Shown here: in pieces, positions 13,201 through 24,500 of the stretch | Layout: every line of letters begins with the position of its first letter | Numbering within the stretch: the stretch's first letter is position 1 | From: Ministeria vibrans ATCC 50519 | Taxonomy: Eukaryota; Protista; Filasterea | Assembly (NCBI GenBank): GCA_943704425.1 | Contig: CALSCP010000538.1 | Coordinates: 1-42,812, forward strand | Reading direction: 5' to 3' | DNA: 42,812 bases | Notes under the pieces: generated by a model | Database searches by the model: none | What the model was told of the DNA's origin: nothing | The model's input: the letters and a program-made list of their open reading frames with translations, nothing else | Made by a program: the position numbers and the translations under genes

Positions 13201-16200
13201 GCATCGACGAAGATCTCGTGGCCAGTGCTCTCGTGGTCACACGCGCTGTCAACGACACTCTCCTTGCCTGCTCTCTTGTGAACGCCACCAGCAATCTACA
13301 GCCCTCCATTGTGGCCGTGTCCAGTCTGTGTGTGCTTGCGGCGGGGGGTGTGTCTCCCTCGCTGCTTGTCACTCCGTCGACAGTGCCGCCCAACACCGCC
13401 TGTGCTGCCTTTGACTATCATCTTAACAGTTTTGCCGTCGTCGATGGCTGCGGCAATACCTTTGCCGATCAGCAATTCCTCTTCCCTGCCGAGCCCATCA
13501 TTGACACGAACACCCTACCTGCGTCGTTGGTCACCCTCAACGAAGGTGACGCCTTCACAGCACTCCCATTGCTCGTGCAAGGGACCGCTCCCACACTGTG
13601 GACGCTCACAAACTCGCCCGCTGACATGGCCATCGACGCCGAGACAGGTGCGCTCGCATGGACGCCAGCCTCACCCATTGGCTCGCCCCACACCGTCGAG
13701 GTCAACGTCGCCAACGACGCCGGATCCGACACGTTCACCTTTGTCATTGTGGTGCGTGCCATTCCTGTCTTTGTGGCCGTTGCCTCACCTCGTCCCACCA
13801 TTCCCGCCGTCACCCCCACCTTTGGTCTGAGCCTCTCTCTCGTGCGCGGATTCCAGCCGGTCAACTACACCCTTGACACGGCGCCCGCCGGCATGACTAT
13901 CGATCGTGTCCTCGGCGAAGTGGTCTGGACCTCTCCCACGCAAGTCGGCTCGCCACACACCGTCACGGCACGCGCCACCAATTCGCTCGGTTCCGACACG
14001 GTCACCTTTTTGTTGCCCGTCCAGGTGGCTCCCACCATCGACGTCACAGGCGTGTCTGACCCCATTTATATTGCACTCGGCTCGCCTTGGACGTTCCAGC
14101 TGAGCGCAGGCAGCGGCACCGCTCCACTGAGCTGGTTCATCCTCAGTGGTGCTCCTGCTGGAATGACTATTAACAATGCCACCGGCAGGCTGTCGTGGCC
14201 GACGCCTGCGACGCAACCCGTTACACCATTTGCCGTGACCGTCTCCGTGGGTAACGACGCTGCAGCCGCTACCATTGCGCTTAATCTTGCCGTGGAGCAA
14301 CCACCCATCATCGACACCGACGGCCTTCCTGCCACCCCGGTTGCCGCTGGCGTCCCCTTCACTCTGGCAACAAACACAAGCACAGGAGACGCTCCGCTCG
14401 CGTGGACCCTCCTTGCTGGTCCTGCCGGCATGACCGCCAGTCCTTCGTCGGGCGAAGTCAGTTGGCCATCGCCCACGTCCGCTGGCTCGCCCCATATGGT
14501 GCTGCTCAATGTCCGCAATCGTGTTGGCGCGAGCAATGTGAGCTTCTCGCTTGTGGTCCACGACCGGCCCACTGTCGATCTCAGTTCGGTGCCGTCTCCG
14601 TCTGCAACCGCCACTGCTGGCGATTCTTACGAATTGCAGTTGAGCGCGTCGGGTGGCACCGCTCCTTTGGTGTGGTCTCTTCTGACAGGTCCACCAGGCA
14701 TGACCATCAATGCGACGAGCGGTCTTCTGACCTTGCCGGTTGCCACATCGACCGGCTCGCCTTACACGGTCGAAGTGTCGCTCACCAATGACGTTGGTAT
14801 CACGCCCATCTCATTTGGTCTCGTTGTGCTCGACTCACTTTCTGTCAGTCCTCCCGCGGAACTCGCGTCAACCTCTTTGCTGCAGCTGCTTGAAGGCAAC
14901 GCGCTCTCGCTGGCCTTTGGCGTGGGCAGTGGCTCGGGTACGCTCACTTGGAGTGTCTCCAGCGACGCACCAGGGCTCACCATTGACTCGTCATCCGGTC
15001 TTTTAAGCTGGCCCAGTGCGGTCGCCTCCGCCACCGCCTACACGACCACAGTGACAGTGGTCAATGCCGTGAGCAACGAGTCGTTTTCGTTTTCGATGGA
15101 GGTGTTCACTCAGGTGCGCATCAACTCGCTGTCTTTGCCCACTTCTGGTGTTGCCATTCGTTCCGCCACCCAACTGCACTTCTTTGCGACAACCACGTCA
15201 GGCACGGGTACCATCACTTGGTCTCTTGCCTCGGCGCCCTCAGGCATGACCATTAGTGGCAGCACTGGCGAGACCACTTGGCCCGTGCCACTCTCGTCGG
15301 CCGGCACCCCCTACAACGTCACGTTTGTCGCGACCAACCCTGTCTCAAGTGACATCGTCGAAATTGCCCTGCTGGTTCACGACGTGCCCACCATCTCGAC
15401 AGGGCCCGCCGACACTTCCATTGCAACAGGTTCGACGCTGACCCTCTCGCTCGTTACATCATCAGGCTCATCGCCACTTGCCTGGTCTCTTGAGAGCGCC
15501 CCTGCCGGCATGGTCGTCGTTGAGGCAACCGGAGCGCTTTTGTGGCCGACTGCATCGACAGCCGGCTCGCCACACACGGTACGAGCAGTCGTGCGCAACG
15601 ACGTGGGCAATGCTACCACGTCGTTTGTCGTCACAGTGCTCGACTCGGTGGTCTTCGACTCGTCGAGCATCACCGGCCTGACCGCATTCGAGCGATTCCC
15701 TCTGCGCGTCCAAGCGGCTACCTCGGCCGGCACTGGTACATTCACCTGGTCCCTGTCGGGCGCTCCCTCGGGCATGACCATTGACGCCACGACGGGTCTC
15801 ATCGAGTGGCTTGATCCACGCCTTGCCTCGACACCTTATACGTTTACGGTGGGCATTGCCAACGACGTGTCTTCCGACTCGGCCGATGGCGACGTCCTTG
15901 TGACCGACTCGCCGCCGTTGAGTGCTACCGAGGGCGTTCTCGACAATGTTGGCGATGCGTTCCTCGTGGCCTTTATGCCCAACCGTAATGACGGCCAGAC
16001 GAGTGCCACAGACGCACTTGTGCTCGACCTCGGTGCGTTCGGAGTCGACGTCCAAGTGAACGTCACCTCGGCGGACGGCCAGCTGCTGGTGCCAACGCAG
16101 CAGGTACTTGCCGGCTCGCTCACGAGCGTGACGGTACCATCGTCGGGACGTATGAGCGAGGGTGTTCTCGAGAGTAAGGGTATTCTTGTCTCCACCAGTT

Positions 16201-19200
16201 CCCCAGTATCGTTGGCGATGCTCAACACAAAGACGGACTCGAGCGACGGGTCGCTTGTGTCGCCCTCGGATACGCTGGGATTCGAGTACTACGTGGTCGC
16301 GTGGCCCGGCAAAGCGGCCTCATCGTTCAAGAGTATGTTTGGCGTGGTGGCCCTCGACGACGACACCACCATTGCAATTCATTCGCCCGTCGAGCTGGTC
16401 ATCGACGGTGTAGTCGTGGCGCCCTTCACGACGACCACCGTGGACATGGAGTCGTTGAAAACACTAAGTGTGGTCGCACAAAACGCATCCGACGACGTGA
16501 CGGGCACTCGCATCAATGCCAATCGACCGGTCGCCGTCTATGGTGGTCACGAGTGCGCGTCGGTTCCCTTGTCGGCGGCAACATGTAGCCATTTGGTTGA
16601 GCAGCTGCCACCCACCACAACCTGGGGCAAAAACTTCTATGCGGCAACCGCCACAGCCATCGCCGACTACCCGACAACACTGCGCATCTTCGCCTCAAGC
16701 AACGACACGACACTCACAGTGTGGGACAGTAGCGCGACGCCGTCGGTCACGCTCACAACAACCCTCGCTGCAGGCGAGGTTGTTGACTACACACCCACCT
16801 CGGGTGATGCCGATGTCCACATATCCACATCCAACCCTGTCCTCGTAGCCCAATTCCTGTCTTCACCCGAGGCTGTGCTCTCCGGCACAAGTACGTCCAC
16901 TGGCGGAGCATCAATGCTCGTTGTGACTCCGCACGAACAGGGTCTCAACCGCGTATCTCTTCCGGCGTTTGGTTCGTTTGGCACGGCCACTGTCGCCACA
17001 GTGTTTGTGGCGACGTCGCGCACTGACGGTATTCTTGTGAACAATGCCGCAGTTGCCACCAACCTGTGGACTCCAGTGGGAGCGCTGGGCACCGTGTCGG
17101 TTGCTCGGGTGCCCGTCACTCCTGGTGCAACAGTACAGGTGTCGCACTCGACGGTGACCGTTCCCTTGTCCGTGTCCCTCTACGGTCTCGACAGCGCCCA
17201 AAGCTATTTCGAGTCGCTTGGCAGTCGCTTTGCGCCGATTGCGAGTGTATGCACCACCAACAGTGCGAGCGCACCGGCCAACGGCCTTGATGACGACTGT
17301 GACGGACGCATTGACGAAGAACTCTTCAATGGACTTGACGACGATGGGGACGGTCGCATCGACGAGGACCTTGCCATTGAGCCGCTGTCCGTCTCGATGC
17401 TTGCCAACGGTACCATTGACGACTGCAATGCCACGCCACAGGGACCCGTTGTCACCAGTGAAGCGACCTTGTGTGTTTTCGTCGGAGGCATCTCGCTGGT
17501 CAACTACACCGATACGTACGAGCCACAGGGCAGCACTTGTCTAACTGCGTCGCGCATTGTGCGCACCTGGACAGTCACCGACGGTTGTGGCAACACTCGC
17601 ACGCAGCAGCAAGTTCTCGACGCGGCGAGCCCTGGCTTTGATCCGGCCAGCGTGCCCTCGCCGAGCGCCTCTGTCGACGAGGCGGGCACGTACACATTGC
17701 AGCCGACGGTGCGCGGCACGGAGCCTTTTTCATGGTCGCTTGGGGCGTCGGCGCCAGCAGGCATGACCATTGACAGCGCGACGGGTGCGATCGAGTGGAC
17801 GGGTGCCACCACGGACGGATCACCCTACAATGTGACTCTCATTGTGTCCAACGTGCATGGCACTGCCACTGCCTCCTTCCAGCTGATTGTACGTGCGGCC
17901 CCCGTCATTGACAGTACAAGCGTGCCTTCGCCATCGCTCACCGTTGCCACTGGCAAGAGTGTTGTGCTGCAACCCGCAGTCAGCGCTGGATTCCAGCCCG
18001 TCTCGTGGTCTCTGACAGCGCACCCGGCAGGCATGACCATTGACAGCTCAACGGGTGCTATTGCGTACGGCAGTGCCTCCTCCAGTGGCTCGCCCTACGC
18101 CGTCACGATTGTTGTGGGCAACTCGGTCTCAAGCGACTCCCTCTCCTTTGTCCTCTTTGTCCTTGACCCGCCCCAAATCTCGTCAAACGGCATTCCGGCA
18201 CCTCAGGCAATCGTCTCGTCGGCCACCGAGTACACACTCACGCCACAGCTGACGGCCGGCACCGGAACACTCGTATGGTCGCTGCCCAGCCGTCCCTCAG
18301 GCATGCGTGTCGACTCGGGCACCGGGGTGGTCACTTGGCCCACGCCAACGGCCACTGCTGTGGCGCACAATGTGACTCTGGCGGTTACGAATGGAATCGA
18401 CTCGGACTCGGTGAGTTTCCAGCTGCTTGTGCTTCAGGTGCCCCTTGTCGACCTCACGAGCCTCCCCTACCCAAACGCCTCCATTGCCGCGGAAGCAGTC
18501 TACTCGGTCACGCCCGCCCTAACGACGGGCACCGGCTCGCTCACGTGGGCTCTCAATGTTGCTCCTAACGGCATGACTATCAATCCAAGCACGGGCACGC
18601 TCGAGTGGCCCTCGCCCACGACTGTCAATTCGCCACACACCGTTGATCTTACCGTCACCAACGAGGTGGGCTCGCAATCCATTTCGTTTGCACTCATTGT
18701 CGTCACGACACCGTCGGTCGACACCTCCTCGGTCGATCCCAACCTTCCGCCCGTGTCGTCTGCCAACTCGTTCACCTACGATCCCGACGTGGCCGTCGGC
18801 GGTACGGGACCGTTTACCTACTCGCTGCCGCCCGGCTCGGGAGCCGCGTCAGGCGGTCTCACAATTCATCCGACAACGGGTGTGCTGTCGTGGTCGTCGC
18901 CCTCTGCCGTGGGCTCACCCCACAACATCACGGTGGTTGTCAGCAATGCGGTAGGCGCCGACTCCTTTGCCGTGTACATCACGGTGCTCGATCCTCCCGT
19001 GCTCGACACCACGACACTTCCTGACGTGAACGACACCGTCATCGTGGGCGTCGCCTACTCGCTGCAACCGCAACTAAGCAGCGGCACGGGCAACATCACA
19101 TGGCAGCTGCCCGACCACCCGGCCGGCATGATTATCGATCCACTCACAGGCATGGTCAACTGGACCAACCCCCAGGCGGCCGTGGTGGGCCGTCGTCGTA

Positions 19201-20585
19201 CCGTGGGCACCTCCTCACCCTACACGACGACGATTGCGGCTGTAAATGCCGTCGGCAACTCGTCGCACACTTTCTTGCTTGTCGTCTCGACCTCGGATCC
19301 TTCGCTTGGCGGTCAGGGGCTCAATGACTCGGGACTCGCCTGGTGGATTTGGCTGCTTATTGCGTTGCTCCTACTGCTGCTGTTGCTTCTGCTGATCTGT
19401 TGCTGCTGCTGTGGTAGGCGCCGTCGACGCGACAAGGACGCACTCTCCAAGTATCGCCCTCAAATGGAAGAGCGCTCCAACATGATTGAGCTGCAGGAAA
19501 ACCCCATGAAAATGAGTGCACTCAGCGAAGCCGAAGAGCGCCGTCGTATGGCGTCCGAAGAAGAGGATCGCCGTCGCCGTGAGCAGGAGCAGCAAGACCG
19601 CGAGGAGGCGCTTCGTCAGGTAGAGCTCGAGCGAGCCCGACGCACCGAAGAGGAGCGTCGACGTGCGCGTCAGGCCGAGCTGGATGCGGAAGCAGAGCGA
19701 GAGCGTCGCGAGGCCGAGGCGCGCGAACGCGAGGAAGAAATTTGGCGCCGAAAGCAAGAGGAAGAGAGACTACGAGCGGCGCGTGAACGAGAGGCGCGTC
19801 GTCGCGATGAAGAGTCGGCCGAAGTAGAACGAGCGCGAGAGCGTGCGTTGGAGGAGCAGCGAGCGCGTGAAGAGGAGGAGCGGCGACGCAAGCGCATTGC
19901 CATGTTTGGTGCATTGGGTGACGATGCCTTTGAGTTGTTTGGCGAGCCTGTCGGTCATGTGCGCTCCAAGCAGCAGATGGTGGCGTCGGTTGAGCGCGAA
20001 GGAGGAATAGTGTTGAAGCGTGACAATGTGATGGAGGACCGGCGTGCGGTGCTCGACGACTCCCTTGAATTTGTCGACTCGACGCGAGCATCAGCAAGCA
20101 GGACTGCCACTGAGCGCACCACGACCTCTCTCCAAGGCATGTCACAAAGTAGTTTGGACACATTGCATCGCCGTGAAGAGCCAGCCGGAACGCCCACGGG
20201 CAAAGCCACCGTCGACGAAGACGACCCCAATTTTGGCTATGTCGAAACCTCTCGCGAGCCCACCTACGCATATGGGAACGGCGAGTCGGCACGTGCACAA
20301 GTCATGTCGCCACCCCGTGCTCGCAAACCCATTGGCTCCGTCTACGACGACGACGACGACGAGGAACGCGACCATGTTGACCTCGATTATGTTTCTGGCG
20401 CCCCGCCAGCGTCTCACCCTACCGCTGGCAAGCGTCGCGTAAGCTTTGACAGTGACTATGGCGTGGATGCTGGCTCTAGGCAAGACCAGTCGTCCCACAA
20501 CGCCGCTCCTCCGTCGACTGCCTCCGACTTTGTGTTCCACTTCAACGAAGACGGAGAAACGCAGCTCGAAGATGAAATGTTTTAA
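4273..20585 (+). CDS. Giant type-I membrane protein, ~5,250 aa if the gap overlap is merged. Signal peptide; 3x [IgGFc-binding domain + paired DGxDxDxDGxxDE motifs + HYR-like domain + He_PIG/cadherin-like array of 19, 9 and 6 repeats]; TM; Cys5; E/R-rich helix; Tyr-containing tail. Exons 4273-4348, 4590-4666, 4774-20585.
   Basis: ATG4273 gives MARQHSSMYRLHAIGLVLALLSLLV (signal-like), and splice phases join in frame to the long ORFs. IgGFc-binding hallmarks occur three times (G-x-x-F-x-V-x-F-x-x-N; V-x-x-G-H-x-C-A; EQLPP/QQIPP-x-x-T-[WF]-G). Repeats W-x-L-x-x-aP-x-GMTId-x-x-tG-x-x-x-W were counted by eye. [21 protein letters not shown] at 19341-19397. Confidence 0.85.
7959..8051. other. Assembly gap (93 N) with duplicated flanks
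   Basis: 7843-7958 is repeated exactly starting at 8052. Confidence 0.97.
8056..9629 (+). repeat. Near-identical ~488-bp intragenic direct repeat (8056-8543 vs 9142-9629; period 1086 bp)
   Basis: Direct comparison shows only two visible substitutions (ACCAGC/ACCAAC and AACCTG/AATCTG). Confidence 0.92.
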
Positions 20586-21456
20586 ATATTCGCGTCCGTT
20601 TTTATATTCTTATTTTATCATTGTTTTGTTATTTTCTTTCAATGAACTCCTTTAGGACTATACAGTTCATTTTGAATTATTAATTTGAATGATCAATAAT
20701 AATAATAATAATAATAATATTGTTAATAATTTTTTTTATCGAAAAGTCAAATGAATTAAAGTGATCATTTTATTTTTCTGTTCTCTTTGACTCGGGTCTC
20801 GCGCCTTACTGGACGTGCTCCCTCCTCTTCCGGTGTCTCCGTTGTTTTCTGGCCTCGGACATCCCCCTGTAAGTGCCGTGTGTGTGTGTGGCAAAAACGG
20901 TCTTTTTCCCGAATGGGCTTTGGATGTGCAGTCTAAATCGGATGTCTCCACTGCCCTGCCGCACGCCCCTACGCTGTCGCGTGAAACCACATGCTTCTTG
21001 AACATGTCTATCTGCAGAGATTACTCTCAGAGAGAGCGAGAGAGAGAGAAAATAAGAAGAAGAAAAAAAAAAAAAAGTGAGTGTGTCAAGCACAACAGGT
21101 TTGTGTCTCTCGCTCTCTCTCTCTCTCGCGCGCTCTCTCGCTCTCTCTCGCTCTCCCCTCGCCCTCCCCCCTTGTCTTCCTGGTAGCCTCCGCGCCCCTG
21201 CACGTCCCTGCTGGTGCACTTCGCCCCCAGGCGTCTGTGATGACTGTCTGTGTTGGGCTGTGCTCTCTCGCTCTGCTCTGCCCTTCAAAACTGCAGAGCA
21301 CTGCTCAGACAAGATCTACGCTCGTACGCAGCCCTGCCCCGATGATCCGCCCTTGGTGCGCGCAGGTCGACCTGCCAAGCCCTGCTGATGCTGCCCACCC
21401 ACACCCCGAGTGTCTTTACCCCCATCACTTGTTCCCAATGAGACATCGCTCTTTCG

Positions 21457-21495
<39 letters not shown>

Positions 21496-21573
21496 AATGA
21501 TAATAATAATAATAATAATATTAATAAGACGTATTATTATTAATTATTATTGTATTAATAATTTATTTTGCAG

Positions 21574-24500
21574 CCAAATGTAAAACTTCGCGGATTCAAA
21601 AAGGTGTTTTGCTTCATGCTGCATGGTTCGCCAGACTTGACGAGCCGCGATGTGCGGTGGCAGTGCGAGCAGGCGGAAGCAAAGCAGCGTCTTGACGACA
21701 CTCAAGGACCCAACCTACTCAACGTGGTGGTCTTCGAGGAAGCTGACGCGACCGAGAACAAGGACTCGCTCAAGGTACATTGATATTAATAATCATCCTT
21801 TTTATGCTGGGACCGAGGCATTCAGTTTTGGACGAGACGCAAAAAAAAAACCTTAATGATTTTGTTGTTGTTGTTGTTGTTGTTGGGTGTGTTTTTCTTC
21901 TTTTTACAGGTGTTTCATTACTTTCATGACGAGCGACGCGTGGGCTCGCTCCAGCTGATGAACAATCCACAAGACGTGGCACAGAGCAACCGCATGTTGA
22001 TGGTGTTTCGCGGCAAGCCGTGTGTGTCCGACCTGCAAGATTTGGCCCTCGAGTCAATCAAACTGAGTGTGGGTCAGTCCATTTCGCCCAGGAATCAGCT
22101 GCAGCTCGAGAACTTTTGCCGTGCGTACAGCCATCTCATTGACACGCATCGATGGTTCGCCGAGACCTTTGGTTTGCGCGACTTTTATCACTTGATTCGC
22201 TTTTTGCGACGCAAGTGCCAGAGCAAGGAGCGCATCCTGAGCATCACACCCAACATGCTGATTATGGCACTGTTGCGAAACTTCAACTGTGAGCCGGATC
22301 ACTTCCGCGTGATTGTCGAGTGCTTCCTGGTCAACTCGAAGGTGCCCCTCTCGACCGCCGAGAAGTTTTTCGAGCCGGTTTTCAGTGTGTTCAAGAGTGC
22401 GCTCACCGACTACCATCGCGAAGGGGGCAACCTCAACGACACGTCGGTGCGTCCCAAGCTGCTCATTGACCGCACGCACGACGATGGCGCGTTGCGATTG
22501 CTTGACGCAGTGGGTGTGCTCCCACGCGACGATGTGGACGTCTTTGAGTTGAGCATGTTCACTGGAAGTCGCACCGAGGTGGATCGGATCCAGCTGATCA
22601 CGCGCATTGTTGCAGCCATGGAGCACGGGCGCACCATTGTCATGGTGAACACACAGGCCATCCACGCGTCCTTCTTTGATCTGTTCAACCAACACTATAC
22701 GACTACCGTCTTTGGCAGCAAGGAGGTCTTTTTTGCCACCATTCCCGTGGGCACCACCATTCGCTACTATCCTGTGCACCCCAAGTTTCAATGTATTGTG
22801 CACATGCGCGAGTCCGAGTTGCACGCGTGTCCCAAGGCCTTCCGCGATCGCTTTGAGAAGTACACGGTGGACATTCGCAGTGCGCTCGAGTACGCATGCA
22901 ACATGGCTCACACGAGCGCGCGCAAGACCATCCAGTGGCACAGTGAGCGCTTGCACAACCTTGTTGACGAACTTGCCGACTCGTGTGTGGCTGTTGATGA
23001 CGATCGACTGCGCGAGACGGCCGATGCGCTTGTGCTGGATTCGATTGCGTTTGAGACACTGCACAGTGCTGCTGCTGTTGCTGCTGCTCCTGCTGCTTCT
23101 TCTTCTTATTCTTCTTCTTCTGCTGCCGACCAAGGTGTGGCCGCTGCTGCCGATGTCAACAGTACAGCCACCTTCCAAGAAGTGCGCCTGTCGCCTGCAA
23201 CGTGGTTTTCACAGCGAGCCCACGCAGGCGATGAGGACGTGTTTGTCGAGTGCAGCCAGACGGTGACCGACGCGGGTGCACATTGTGAACCAGCTCGCTC
23301 CGCCTCCGCCGCCCTGGCACACGACTTTTTGCACTACCACAGTACACACGAGCGCAACATGGTGCACCTGGCATCGCGTTTGTTGCAGACGGTACCGTCC
23401 GAGATGGTTCTTGTGAATGCGGGACTGCTCAAGAATTACCTCGCCGACTACTTTGATTCCATGGGGCATTTGGACATTTCCCAGATGGTGCGTGTCGTAC
23501 GCGAGCGTGCACACGATGCGGACGTGCACGGCGAGGCACACAAGTACCTTGTTGTTGCGACATCGAATACGGCGTTGCTGCAGCTGCCTCACGGCGCCGA
23601 CGAACATTTTGACTGCACGACGACACATGTGCGCTCGCTCACCGAGTTCCGCACTCAAATTGCCTTTGAGACACATTTGCGCGCTCATTTGGCGGACACG
23701 AACGACTCGCGCACCTTTGTACTTGCACTGAACATGAGTGAGGTGTCGCCAATGCTGCTGAATCATGCGCGACGCATTGTCGAGCAAGAGACGAAGAACG
23801 CCGCCCGTCGCTTGGCAGGTGCGTCCGACTTGCAAAGTCCCATCAAGACGGTCGTGTTGTTGTGTCATTTCCGAGCGGGTTCGCAGTTGCGCTCGCGTTA
23901 CTCTCTCAACTCGGCCGGCGGCTGGGAAACAGTTGTGGTCGACTGTTCGAGCATGACCACCCGATTTCCAATTGCTCGCTTTGCGCAACACGTTTTGCTG
24001 GGCGATTCACCGCAACTCGAGCCATTTGCGCCTCGTCGCGCAAGCACCCTCGCCGTCGTGCGTCACTTGTATTTCTCGCGCACATTGCCAGCGGCGCAAC
24101 GCGCGAGCGTCATCGACGAGCTCCTGGAGCGCATGCCGGGTCTTCATCGAGCAATGAATGAGCGCATGGAAGAAGCATTCCCGCTCACATTGCAACGTGA
24201 GCTGCTCCAGCGGTGTGCAGCCAAGCTGGCAAGTGGCGAAACGGTTGAGTCCATCGGTGAGCAGGTGGCGCACTTTTTTGATCGAGCGGTGGTGTTGACG
24301 GCAGCGACGGTTCTTCGTTTTGTTATGGGCCCACGCGCGGGTGCACGCGGGGCAGGGTTGCTGGAGCGACTGGACGAAGGCCAACACACCGTGGAAGGCA
24401 TGCTTGCCTTTGCTGAGGTTGTTGTACGCTCGCAACCGTTTCCCGACGTGCTCGAGCTAATGCTGCGCTCTGAGGAGCCCACCATGAGCGATCCGGTTGC

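Noticed and set aside
19188-19202. Canonical furin site
   Set aside because: GRRRT lacks the P4 Arg of R-x-[KR]-R; kept only as a possible dibasic convertase site.
4936-20540. Many overlapping antisense and alternate-frame ORFs within the giant gene (likewise in the RNF213-like, NFXL1 and GPCR genes)
   Set aside because: Expected shadows of GC-rich coding sequence; no recognisable domains.
20736-21497. Possible small gene between the giant receptor and the RNF213-like gene (splice-like signals on the - strand near 21012 and 20870; Cys-rich + strand ORF 21077-21388)
   Set aside because: No consistent exon chain or recognisable protein could be built, and the ORFs run through microsatellites. 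Needs RNA-seq.
21856-21909. Apparent signal peptide [18 protein letters not shown] at the start of the 2,700-aa ORF
   Set aside because: It is the (TTG)n/polypyrimidine end of intron 21775-21909; RNF213 homology continues in the upstream exon.
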